Part shown: piece after piece, positions 38,236 to 50,659 of the stretch | Numbering within the stretch: position 1 is the first letter of the stretch | How the letters are laid out: every line of letters starts with the position of its first letter | Assembly: GCF_006345805.1 (NCBI RefSeq) | Contig: NC_042999.1 | Coordinates: forward strand, 161,076,001 to 161,140,000 | From: Octopus sinensis | Lineage: Eukaryota | DNA length: 64,000 nt | Reading direction: 5' to 3' | Notes under the pieces: model-generated | Databases searched by the model: none | The model's input: the letters and a program-made list of their open reading frames with translations, nothing else | Told to the model about the DNA's origin: nothing | Made by a program: the position numbers and the translations under genes

Positions 38236-38505
38236 TCATCATCACAATAATCATAATGGCAGAAAGGTTTCCATTATGTGATGTGGTTGTCGAGTGCAGC
38301 CTCGCTATAAAGACAGGACAGCTGCCGGGTCAATAGAACGTTGACTATGAAACCGTTGTAACAGACAGAAGAAAGCAAAAGAAATTACAAAGCGAAAAAG
38401 CAAAGAAAATATAATCAATTGCTGTTCACACACACACGAGCGCGCGCGCACAAGCAGACACACACATACACAAACACACATGCGTGTGGGTATATACGTA
38501 TATAT

Positions 38506-38571
<66 letters not shown>

Positions 38572-38798
38572 CTGTGTGTGTGTGTGTGTGTGTCTCTGTG
38601 TGTGTGTGTGTGCGCGCCTGTGTGTGTGTGTGTGTGCCTGTGTGCCTGTGTGTGTGTGTACGCATGTATGAATTTATGAATTTATGTGTTTGTACATATA
38701 TGTATACGTTTATATGTTTATATGTATACGTTTATATGTGTGTATGTATGTAACTAACTATCACCGTATATTCATGTGTACATACATACACAGCAGAA

Positions 38799-39035
38799 AG
38801 TGATAAGTGCAGAATCTGTGGACAAAACGGTGAAACTGTAAGGCATATTACCATACAATGCATGCCACTAGCTCAAAAGGAATATAAGAGACGCCCCGAC
38901 AATATAGCCAGGCTTGTCCATTGGACACTTTACAACAAGTATGGACTCCACATCAAAAAAATTGGTACGACCACAAACCTGAAAGCATCGTCGAAAATGC
39001 AAAGATCCTATGGGATTATATGAGTCAGTGCGACT
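38799..39035 (+). mobile_element. R4/Dong-clade CCHC knuckle fragment
   Basis: DKCRICGQNGETVRHITIQC.PLAQKEYKRRPDNIARLVHW..WYDHKPESIVENAKILWD. Confidence 0.82.
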
Positions 39036-41700
39036 AACGACGCTGTTGGATAGCATAGACTTGCCTCTCCAGGTTCCGAGTTGCAACCTCATCGACTTTT
39101 CCGGATTAACACAGAGTTTAAGATTTTGGCCGAGGCATTAGCAAAGAGGTTGGCATTTGTCGTCGAGGATTTTGTTGGGGAGGCGCAAACCTGCACAATC
39201 CCAATTAGGTCCATACACAACAACTTCCACCTCATGTGATACATCATCTCGTCAACTTTTCATATTCCTCCAGTGATGTGCCGACCACCTCGATTTCTGA
39301 GGTGTCCGACATCATCACGGTGATGTCGTCCGCATACGCGGACACAGCCCTCCTACGTCCCTGTTCGAACGGGATGCCCTGCAGCAGCGATCCAGCTTCT
39401 GAAGACGGGGGGGGGGGGGGCGAAGCCAGCCGCGTTGAGGACAGCCTCTAGATATTAATAGTCGACCCCATTAAATGCTTTCGATTGATCTAGATTGATC
39501 AGCGCCCCACGGAAGCCAGGTTTACACCCTACCCTTTCTATGATGTATCACATGAGGTGGGGGTTGTTATGTATGGATTTAGTTGGGATTGTGCAGGTTT
39601 GCACCTCCCCAACAAAATCCTCGACGACAAATGCCAACCTCTTTGCTAATACCTCGGCCAAAATCTTAAACTCTGTGTTAAGCAGAGTTATGAGCTTGAA
39701 GTTATCAAATGTGTCCCTCTTGTTTTCGTCTTTCTTTATCAGCGTCACCCCGTTCAGCGACGCGGCAAAGCGTTGAGGTAGGGACTGAAGTCAGCCACCA
39801 TCTTCACCCCGTCACTCTCTCCGAACAACCGAGCAAAGTGCTGGCAACAGGCTTCACACATCTTGCCCTGAATCGCTCAGTTCGTGTCCGTCTCGTTCCG
39901 TGAAAGACCGAATTGTGGTTTTCTTACCACGCTGCGCCTCCTCCACGCAGGCTAATCGAACAGCTTTGATACTCTCGTTTCTTTGAACACGCGCCTTAGC
40001 TCTGACAATGCAACCTTCATGTTTCGCATTGAAGAACTGGTCTAATGCGATTCTCGCTGTTAGCACGTCGGTTGCAATGCCACTGCAAATAGCCTCGTCT
40101 AATTTAACTCCTAACCCCTCCTCCTTTCTAGTTTTTTCTAACGCTAATTTTTGCTAAACCCTGTCGATATTACTCTAATCTCTTTTTTAAGAGCCGCCCA
40201 CCACCTGTTGTTGACGAGACTCACCCACGCTGTCAACTTCTGCTTAACTAAATTACTGACCCAGTCCCTGTAAGCCTTACGTGCTGGAAACGACATGTTC
40301 AGCTTCCAGTACCCGGGTCCTAACCTACACGTCTTCTCTTGGTCGACCGTACAGATTACAAACTTATGGTTTGAATAGGCGAACATTTTAAAAAGTGGAC
40401 ATCCTACACTATTACTATCTATTTTCTTAGGGAAAATCTTATATATGTACGATCTAAATGACCCTAAGCAGTTGGTCCAGGACTACACAGGCACATTAGA
40501 GAAATCTCGTCGGTACCTGTCAGACAGTTGGAACTAGCGATCAGGTGCTTCAGGCTTTTGTATCCCACTCCTCTATCAGCTACTCCCACACAATCCCAGC
40601 GTTGATCTAAGATTCTGTTCCAGTCCTTTACTAACAGTAATGGGCGAGACGTACCTAGAAAGGCTTTCAGACCTCTAAAGAAATCCGGCCGTTTGGCTCC
40701 TGTAGGAGCGTAGACAGCCACCAGTCTAAAGCTACTACCTTCGCTATTGCCACGTCCATGACCACCAACTTCCCGTCCGGATCTCGGAAGATCAACTTTA
40801 CCTCGAGATCCATTTCTTTCCTAAACAGCACTGCTGCTCCACCTCTCATTCCCGGACGACTAACAAATGTAAAGATCTGACAGTCATCGAACACTGAGGC
40901 TAGTACGCATGTATTGGAAATCCTGGTCTCACTGACAGCAATTACATCTATTTTTAGAGACCTGAGGTCGTTGAGCACGCGCCCCTGCTTCCAGGGCGAC
41001 CCCAGGCCTCGAACATTTAAAACTCCTACTCTTAGTATGGCCATGCTGGTATGCTAAAGAAAGAAGGGAAAGGTTTGCTTACCTCCTGATATTTTGTGAA
41101 GGTCGGGTGGTTCGACTTCCATAACTGGTGAGGTCTTCTTTGGGAACACCTTTAAGAGCCTCGATGTGGGTTTCACGTTCGGGGTTCCCACGTCCTCCGG
41201 AAAGCTCTCTCGAATTTTTGTACAGGACATTCGCATCAGAAGTAAATCTTCTGGTAAGCGAAACGTGTTCGATTCGAATATCACACCCGCTGTTTCAAAT
41301 TCCGTGTTTTGTGTTACGGGGGCCATCAGTTCCTCGTTGTCCCTTCTGGCGAGTACGAAGTTGGATGTTTTGTGTTGGTGTTGTTTGTTTGCTTGACTGT
41401 AGCGGTGATGTCTTGTTGTTGTTTCGGTTGTGTCTGTGTGTGCTGTGAGTGCAGTATCTGCAGTTTTAGACGTTTGTGTGAGTGTTTGTTCTTGTTTAGG
41501 TTGTTTGCGTTTGGGAAGTCTGGTGATAGTGATGTTGTTGGTGGTTTTGGGGAGTTGTTTACTTGGGTGGTGTCTGTATTTTTTATTGTGGGTGTTGTTA
41601 TGCTTTGTGTAGTTTTTCTTTTGTGCTTTCTTTTTTGTTTTTCTTTGGACCTTTTGGTTTTCCTTCATCTTCACTACTGGAAGATGAAGGCTTTGTTGCT
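39036..41700 (-). mobile_element. L1/Tx1-clade LINE copy 1 (ORF1 C-terminus + APE-RT ORF2, deleted/degenerate)
   Basis: ORF2 from 41044: MAILRVGVLNVRGL..IAVSETR; GPGYWKLN; ITLLNTEFKILAEVLAKRL; LDQSKAF; YADDITV. Confidence 0.9.
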
Positions 41701-41835
41701 GTAAATGTGTCTGTGTCTGTCTATGTTTATAATCTTGTTTATGTGTGTATTTTTGCTCGGTGTGAGGTGGGTGGGAGAGCTTTCCTTGTTTCCCTCTAGG
41801 GTGGTCAATGTCTTTAGTGTTGTTGCTGGTGATTT

Positions 41836-41890
41836 GTCCTTGTTTGTTCTCTCTGTGTTTAGCCCCTTGTGGGTAGTAAAGAAATAGAAA
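41836..41890 (+). mobile_element. SINE A tail-only fragment
   Basis: GTCCTTGTTTG..TTTAGCCCCTTGTGGGTAGTAAAGAAATAG. Confidence 0.8.
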
Positions 41891-42155
41891 ATTCTTCGAT
41901 TAATAGCACCAGTGATGGTTACGTATTGGATAGCAGGCGCAGTGAGAACTCTCTTCAGAGAAACATTGATGATAACAACAATCTGAATTTGGACGAGTGT
42001 GTTAATGACGTATTCTCTGTAAACACCAGTCATGTCACAGAACGATGCTAGTAGTATGACTAATAACGATAACGACAACGATAGATGCGACTATAATAAT
42101 AATTATGATATAAAAATACAGGATGATAACAATCATAATCATAAAAATCATAATA

Positions 42156-45100
42156 CTTTTTTTTATATTGGCCACAAAACAAATAGGGACGATACAATAT
42201 AAGGGACAAGTGGGGTGTTGAACAATGTCGTGTATACAGTAACAAAAAATTAACGAAACAAACAATAAAATTCCCCAAAAGCGGGGAGTTCCTCACAGGG
42301 ACAACCGAGGAACCCCACACATTTTGGTTATCCCGACCACCAGGTGCACTTCAGGTGGCACCTCCCTCCTTCTCAAACTCCTTTGGTTTACAAACGAAAG
42401 TTCAGAATAGGCCAGTTAGTTGATCCCACCCGACGCCTAGAGTTTCCTCGAGCTACACCTGCTCACCGTTAAAAAACACTGGAGATGTCTCATCCTCAGC
42501 GCTTGTCTGCACATCATTAGCCACGGCATGCCCAGTCCTCCACACAGCGGCTGTTGACACCAGATGGACTGTCTGACGAGCGGAACACTCTCTTCCGCAG
42601 AAAGCGGAAGAGCAAGCGCTCTAGCTTGATCAGCCACGAGAGTCAGGCGGTAGTAGATGACGGAAGTGATGTACACATTCGCCGACTCTGCCCAACCTTT
42701 CAGGGACAGCTTCCTCTCTGCCCATTTCTGGGTGCAACTGGCTACTCTGCTCGTCACCTCTCCCCAGTTCTTGTCCATCTGGAGGTCTGGACCAAACCAG
42801 ATTCCGAGCAACTTAACCGATCCTTCCGTCCAGCGCCCTACAACGCTGTTGGTTGGCATGGACCTGCCTCTCCAGGTACCGAGCTGCAGGCCCACTGACT
42901 TGTCCTGATTCATTTTTACTCCTGTCACCGCTTCTTACTTCCTTAAGGTAGTGCCGATCACTTCGATTTCCAAGCTGTCCCACACTATTACGGTGATGTT
43001 GTCCGTATATTCGGACACGAACCTTCTGCATCCTAGATTACGCAGGTTGTCCCTTAAAATATCCAACTTCCTTAGTAAATGTTCGAGGACAAGTACGTAG
43101 AGAAAGGTAGAGAGTGCGTATCCTTGACGGATCGAACGAACGATGCTAAACGAATCTGATAGGTGGCTGTTTACTTTGACCACTGAAAAGTTGTCGCTGT
43201 ACATTGCAGCGACCCAGCCTCTGTAAACGTGTCTGAAACCGGCTGTCGCGAAGACAGCCTCCAAGTATTGGTGGTCGACCATGTCAAAAGTTTTCGATTG
43301 ATCCAAATTGATCAGAGCCCCACCCATGCCAAGTTCCTTCCCGACGCCCGTCTCGGCCCGTCAAAGACCGAATTGTGGCTTTGTTGCCACGTTGCACCTC
43401 TGCCACCCGGGTCCATCGAAGCCTTTCGTCCCCTCATATCAGAGCACGCGCCCTAGCTCTGACAATGCTACCTTCATGTTTGGTATTGAAGAATTGATCA
43501 AGAGCCGATTACGCCGTCATCACGTCAGTCGCAATGCCATTCCCAAGCACCTCATCTAGCTTCCTAACTAGCTCTCCCTCTGTCTAAGACTATTTCTTTA
43601 CTAGGTCCTACTGCCTTTACTCTAATAACACTTTTCAGGACTATCTACCAATGGTTGTTGACAATTGCGCTCGCCAACTTCCGATGGGCTAGCTTGCTAA
43701 CTTGGTTTCTGAATGCTTGACGCGCTGGGAAAGACGCATTCAAATTCCAGTGCCCAGGGTCCTGCCTATGGACCCTATCTAGGTCGACTGTGCATATCAC
43801 AAATTTGTTGTCTTTGTAGCCGACGACTTTGAACTGTAGATAACCTATGCTACTTCTATCCACTGGCCTACAGAATATTCTATCAAAATACAATCTGGAA
43901 GGCCCGGTGTCCACATTGGCGTATTCGGAAAATCCAGTCGGTACCTGTCAGCCAATTGAAAACGACTGAGCAGGATTGTGAGGCTCTTGCACTCCACTCT
44001 CCTATCAGCTAGCCATACCCTATCCAGGCGTGCATTCAAAATGAGGTTCCGATCGCCCACTAGAACTAAAAAGCGAGATGTCCCAAGAAAAATCTCCAAA
44101 CGTGTGACTGCTCCGCCCCAGTTTGGACGTACCCAGCGACTAGTCTGAAAGCACGACCTTCTGCTGTTACTCACATCCAGGACTACCAACTTACTTTCCG
44201 GGTCCTGGATGATCGTTCGTACTGTGATATCCAGCCTTTTCCTAAACAGCACTGCGACCCTGTCCCCATTCCATGCCAACTAAGAGATGCTCAGATCTCA
44301 GAATCGCTGAAAATGGGGACCAGATCGCGTGTGTCGAAATTCCTGGTTTCACTGACGGCTATCACGTCTATAGATAGTGACCTGAGGTCGTTGAGAAGAC
44401 GTCCCTGCTTCCACTGTGACCCCAGGCCACGAACATTTACATAGCCCACTCTAATCAATCTCATGTCGGTCGCAAACAGCTGTGAGAAAGGAAAAGAGCG
44501 AGGTTACTTACCCTGCCAGTGCTGTTGGCGGCCGGGTGGCCTGGCCTCCGGTTCTGGTTGGAGGATCTCTGGGAACCCCTTTAAAAGTCTTTTGGAGGTT
44601 CCTACGTCGTGTCGGAAGCCCTCCCGTTTGTTCTTGCACGTTGTTAATGGCATACGCCCTAACAACAGCTCTTCTGACACTTTAAAGGTGCAGGTGTCAT
44701 GATTTACTCAATCTCTTTACTTTGAGCTTTGAGGGCCATGAAATCTTTATTTGTTCTCAATAACACAAAATTCGAGCTCTGAGAATTTAACAGTTCTTCT
44801 GAAAGCTTTCTTTTTTTAATGGGGAGGGGGAGGTGCGGTTGTAGTAGTTGTGCTGGTGATGATAACTTTTGTTGTGTGAGCGGTTGTTGCGCTGGAGGGT
44901 TTGTTGTCTGGCAGAAACGTTAGCACGTTGGGCGAAATGTGTAGCCGTATTTCGTCTGCCGTTACGTTCTGATTTCAAATTCCGCCGAGGTCGACTTTGC
45001 CTTTCATCCTTTCGGGGTCGATAAATTAAGTACAAGTTACGCACTGGGGTCGATGTAATCGACTTAATACCTATGTCTGTCCTTGTTTGTCCCCTCTGTG

Positions 45101-46270
45101 TTTAGCCCCTTGTGGGTAATAAAGAAATAGGTTGACGGTACTTTTTGTGTTGGCCGATGTTTGTGTTGGTGTTAATCCAGATTTTCTTCTCCTGCGCTTT
45201 CTTTTGGATTGTTTTGGCTTTTTTTGTTCCTCCTCATCCTCACTTCGAGACGTGTAGGAATCGGAGTCTGTGTGACCCGTCCCTGATACGGGTGGGAATA
45301 TGCTTGTGTTTGTTTGTGTGTGTGTGTCTATGTGTGATCGTGTATTTGAGAGGGAGCTAGAGAGCTGGGCTGGGGAAAAAACCTGAATGGTCCTCTCTGC
45401 AAAAGTTCTTGTCCATTTTAACGGTAACGGTAGTAGTACTGCTGGGGTTGTTTGTACTGCTACTACTACTACTACTGCTGCGGCTGTTTCTGACGCTGGC
45501 CCTTTTTTCTATCGCTGTCTGTCCTTCCGCCTCAACTTGAGCTGCCGCTGTGGTTCTGCCTTGAGATGCTGCACTACTTGTTCTTTTATTTTCTTGTAGG
45601 TGTTGTTACTGTTGTGGAAATGGCTGTGACATCGGCGATGGGGCTCTCCTCTCTCCTCTATTGCTTTTGTTTTGTGGGCAGAATGCCTGTAAATGATTTG
45701 CCATGACACAGACATGGCATCTTGGACGTCTGCCGTTCACAGTCACTTTCAACTCAGTTCCGTTCGGCATGGAGTTGAGATCAGGTATTTCCTCCTGTTG
45801 GTCTGGTTTTACATGGAGTAATACCTCCAGTGTGACCCTGTCCAGTTCTCCCTTCTTGATATTTATTACCACGCAAGCGAGGCCCACCACAGATCTAACT
45901 CTGGTGGCACCCCCTGTATGGGCCTCAGTTTTAAATAAAACCTCCACCCCGCCGAACTGCTTTGCCTTCGATATATGACCGATGTCCTGCCATATATTCT
46001 GAAGGGCTCTTTCTCTCTGGGGTGGTCGTTGTCGTTTCTAGCAGTTTTGATTTACAGCTAATGCAACGGTACGTTACTATCTTCCTTGTGTTCGCCAAGA
46101 TTTTCTGTGGAGGTATTAATTCAGCCTTCTTCCGTCTTTTTACCAATTCTTAACGGCGTTCGCTAATTTAGGGGCTTTTTCCTGTAGAGAAAGTGCAAAG
46201 AATTCTTTTGAGGTGACGGCACCGCCGAAAGAGATTTTTCTACTAATGGTAGCCGCTTGTGCTCTTGCTA
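42156..46270 (-). mobile_element. L1/Tx1-clade LINE copy 2, near full-length (ORF1 with CCHC, ORF2 APE-RT, 3' UTR + poly(A)), SINE A inserted in ORF1
   Basis: ORF1 N-part 45.5-46.2 kb with RPRCHVCVMANHLQAFC. ORF2 ATG at 44464 (MRLIRVGYVNVRGLGSQWKQG..SETR), LDQSKTFD, YTDNITV. Ends GTGGCCAATATAAAAAAAA at ~42156. Confidence 0.88.
44908..45131 (+). mobile_element. SINE family A
   Basis: Near full-length, antisense to the host LINE. Confidence 0.9.
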
Positions 46271-46276
46271 CCAGTA

Positions 46277-46509
46277 CCTATTTCTTTATTACCCACAAGG
46301 GGCTAAACATAGAGGGGACAAACAAGGACAGACATAGGTACTAAGTCGATTACATCGACCCCAGAGCATAACTAGTACTTAATTTATCGACCCCGAAAGG
46401 ATGAAAGGCAAAGTCGACCTCGGCAGAATTTGAACTCAGAACGTAACCGCAGACGAAATGCCACTAAGCATTTCGCCCGGCGTGCTAACGATTCTGCCAG
46501 CTCGCCGCC
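46277..46509 (-). mobile_element. SINE family A
   Basis: Full-length match. Confidence 0.9.
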
Positions 46510-46617
46510 TTCCCATTACCATCACCACCACAGCCTCCAACCACTCCACCACAACCGTTACCGTTGCTCCTGCCGTCGTCACCCGAGCTGTTGTCACTGC
46601 TACTGTTACTACTACCG

Positions 46618-47005
46618 GGGAGGCGCAATGGCCCAGTGGTTAGGGCAGCGGACTCGCGGTCATAGGATCGCGGTTTCGATTCCCAGACCGGGCGTTGTGA
46701 GTGTTTATTGAGCACAAACACCTAAAGCTCCACGAGGCTCCGGCAGGGGATGGTGGTGATCCCTGCTGTACTCTTTCACCACAACTTTCTCTCACTCTTA
46801 CTTCCTGTTTCTGTTGTACCTGTATTTCAAAAGGCCGGCCTTGTCACTCTCTGTGTCACGCTGAATATCCCCGAGAACTACGTTAAGGGTACACGTGTCT
46901 GTGGAGTGCTCAGCCACTTACACGTTAATTTCACAAGCAGGCTGTTCCGTTGATTCGGATCAACCGGAACCCTCATTGTCGTAACCGACGGAGTGCTTCC
47001 ATCCA
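46618..47005 (+). mobile_element. SINE family C with 7-bp TSD
   Basis: TSD ACTACCG at 46611-46617 and 47006-47012. Confidence 0.92.
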
Positions 47006-47221
47006 ACTACCGTCGAAGCTGTCGGTGCTGCTGCTATACTTCGCAACCTCGTAATTCTTGCTGCCTCTACTGCCACCACTACCATTGCTTTTGTCACTTC
47101 CACTACCACCACTTTTGTTACTACCGTTATTGTTTCACCGATTTCGAAAAAAACTTGCTGTACTTTCCTTTGTAATTTTTCTTTTCTCGCCAGGCAGCAA
47201 TTTTTCGAAGACTGATTTTAC

Positions 47222-47453
47222 TTATTTCTTTATTACCCACAAAGGGCTAAACGCAGAGGGGACAAACAAGGACAGACATAGGTATTAAGTCGATTACATC
47301 GACCCCAGTGCGTAACTGGTGCTTAATTTATCGACCCCGAAAGGATGAAAGGCAAAGTCGACCTCGGCGGAATTTGAACTCACAACGTAACTGCAGACGA
47401 AATACCGCAAAGCATTTCTCCCGGCGTGCTAACGTTTCTGCCAGCTCGCCGCC
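47222..47453 (-). mobile_element. SINE family A inside gypsy integrase
   Basis: TGATTTTACTT duplicated on both sides. Confidence 0.9.
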
Positions 47454-47813
47454 TTGATTTTACTTTCCTCGCAAACATCAGCTCCGTTGGTGACACAGCT
47501 GTTGGAGTATTTGGATTTGGTGTCACATGATATACTCTTAAGAATTCGACTTTCTTAGGACTCTCTTGAACATATCGACAAAGCGTCCTGCCTGTCTGTC
47601 GGATCTGGGATGGTGTGGTGCAGTAGTCACATGTTCTACCGCAAAGTTTTACTAAACTTTTTAAAACTTACAAAGAACAAATTGTGTTCTATTGTCAGAC
47701 GCTCTCGCGTCTGGGATGTCAAATCTCGCAAAGAGCTCATGTAAAACATTTATCGCATATGAGGAGCTTGATTTTTTATACTTATAAATATCTGGCCATT
47801 TAGAGAAACTATC

Positions 47814-48230
47814 GGATCTTTTCGGTTTGAAAGGCAGTTTTTAACATAATTTCTAGGTAACTAAAAAATTTTAAACTTTGTATACTGGTAGAATGTGTTT
47901 ATAAAACATCTTTTTCTCTTTGCTTTATTGAGAAAATTCTATAGTTTGTAAGATATTTGTTGTTTTTTTCTTCAATTTCTGCAATTTCAACCAATCAATG
48001 ACGTCCATTGAGTTAAAAAACCTTTCTGTGCCGTATGAATATGTCCCTCGTTTAAGAGACAGATTGGGTTTATTTACATTTGTGAAGAAAAAAAGATATC
48101 CTTCCACCCACCCCTAACCCTAACCCTAAAACAGATTGAAATGCAATAGATCGATACTAGGGTCATAATTATGGGTGACAATTTCATATGACACCGCTAG
48201 AAAAAACTGCCGTTCAAACCGAAAAGATCC
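47814..48230. mobile_element. MITE with ~29-bp TIRs and 8-bp TSD (Merlin/hAT-like), containing (CCCTAA)n
   Basis: TIR GGATCTTTTCGGTTTGAA(A/C)GGCAGTTTTT. TSD AAACTATC at 47806-47813 and 48231-48238. Confidence 0.9.
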
Positions 48231-49240
48231 AAACTATCAACTACCACTAAGTGGTATGAACCGTTTAAAGAACCAGCGAAGTCGATGTGTAGTCTCGACT
48301 ACGGAACATTTACTTTTGACCAATGTTCACTTTTTATCGTCGGTAATTTTGCTGGTAGAGCACATTCTCTACAACTTTTTACTAAATTTTTGATTTCTCT
48401 GTCCATTTTTGGCCAGTACATGTAGTTATGCATTAAAGCTTTCCTCGAAGTACACTCAACATTTACTTTTGTGGCATTTCAAGTATTACTGCTCGCAGTG
48501 CATACATCAGTACGCCATCACAAATTGAGTATAGGTTTACGTCTTAGTTTCGTTTCGCACTAAACCTGTTCCTATTTACTTTTACTGACCACAGTGTTCT
48601 TTTCACTTCTGTTATGAATTTCTCCTTTACCACATTTCGCTTTATGTCTTCTAGGGTTGCCGATAATTCGCGTACCACGTCCCACATTACGTTTTCTTAT
48701 TTCGCCTTCTGATCTTAAAGCTACGACTACCGCATCTTCGAATGGCTCGCAGCGTTTCGGTATCAGTCTGGACAAACCATCCGCATGCCCTAGTTTTTTG
48801 ATAGTAAATATTCTATTTTGTAATCATAATTCAATAACGTAGTGTAGTCTATTTGCTGTGTGTGTTGGTATTCCTTTTTTGGAACCGTATATTGGTATAT
48901 TGACAATAGTAGGCGATGATCTGTTTGTAGACAGAAACTTCTTCCATGAATAAATCTATGGAATTTTTTCACACCGAATATGATTGCTAATGCTTCCTTT
49001 TCTATCTGACTATAGTTCCTTTCAGCTGGAAATAACGATCGGGACGAATGGGCTTATAGCCAGTTTACTCCCATCGTCATATTTGTGCAGAAGCACGGCT
49101 CCTACACCGTAATCACTTGCATCTGCAGCCTATGTAATTTCTAACTTTGGGTCAAAATGCGTTAACGATAAGTCCGATGTTAAAATGCTTTTTTAGCTAC
49201 TCGTCAAATGCCTTATGGCACTTATCAGTCCAACACCATT

Positions 49241-49628
49241 ACTCTTTTTACTCTTTTACTTGTTTCAGTCATTTGACTGCGGCCATGCTGGAGCACCGCC
49301 TTTAGTCGAGCAAATCGACCCCGGGACTTATTCTTTTTGTAAGCCCAGTACTTATTCTATCGGTCTCTTTTTGCCGAACCGCTAAGTGACGGGGACGTAA
49401 ACACACCAGCATCGGTTGTCAAGCAATGCTAGGGGGACAAACACAGACACACAAACATACACACATACATATATATATACATATATACGACAGGCTTCTT
49501 TCAGTTTCCGTCTACGAAATCCACTCACAAGGCATTGGTCGGCCCGGGGCTATAGCAGAAGACACTTGCCCAAGATGCCACGCAGTGGTTGGTAAACAAG
49601 CTACTTACCATACAGCCACTCCTGAGCC
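49241..49628 (-). mobile_element. SINE family B inside gypsy RT/RNase H
   Basis: Match to the family, with a small deletion in the tRNA head. Confidence 0.9.
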
Positions 49629-50659
49629 TATTCTATATTTTTCTTTAACAGATCCTTGAGAGGTGCCCTTACATTATGTATATTGGTAATATAAATTTGA
49701 TAATAATTTAATAAACCCCAAAATGCTTGTAGCATAGACACATTATTCGGAGTGGGCATATATTTTTTTATCGCAGTTACTCTCGATTGATCCCGTTTTC
49801 GTCCGTTTTTATCTATTATCTGGCCGAAGTATTTAATTTTTTTCATAAAGAACTGGCACTTTTCTTCCGTTAACTTGAACCCATATTTTCTAATCTTCTC
49901 GAGTACTCTTTTAACGTGTTCTACATGTTTTTCATGTGATTCATTTTTATTAGTCTAAATAGATGATAGCAAAATCAGTCACCCAGCATTGCGTCTATCA
50001 CTAAAATATGGAAGGAGCCACTTTTACACTAAAGGGAAGCCGCTTAAATTTAAATAAGTTACGGTGTGTATTGATGCTTAATAAATGTGAGCATTCTTCT
50101 TTTGTAGATATGCCTCCGAGAGGTCTAATTTTGTGAAGGATTTCCCTCCATTCAATTTTCAAAACACTTCCTCAGGATTCGACAATGTGTGATTAAACAA
50201 TCATTCAACCCTATTGAAAAATCCGCACAAACTCTTGTTACTTTTCTTTTTACGGAGACCGTAGGTGCTTCTCGGTTTGAGTGGTCCGTCTTCTCGATTA
50301 TTCCTAGTTGTTCAAGTCTTTCAAGTTCCTTGTTTAACTGACCTATTGCCGCGAACGGTACATTCCGTTTTGGCTTAAATACAGGAATTGCATTTTGCTT
50401 TACTGCAATTTTTACTTTTGTGTTCATGCAGCAACCCAGTCCCTCCCCTGGAAATAAATGCTTTATTTCTCGTTTCAAATCCCTCAGCCTCACTCGAACC
50501 TTCGACTGAACCGACTATATTCCCACGCAAAACCCTTATGGGCGCATTCTACAGTTTGAACAATTCCATCAGAATAGATTAACTGAATTTTTTAGCACAT
50601 ATTTTTGACGAAATGTTACATTTCACACAAATTCACAGACAAAATACAATCTTTTAACA

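Larger units (their letters stand above)
47140..50500 (-). mobile_element. Ty3/gypsy pol relic (RT-RNaseH-integrase), no LTRs seen, three nested insertions
   Basis: PVFKPKRNVPFA..RVCADFS; LQTDHRLLLSI; YWPKMDREI..CRECA; RLHIDFAG; SKWP; HPRSD.QAGRFVDMFKR. Confidence 0.9.
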
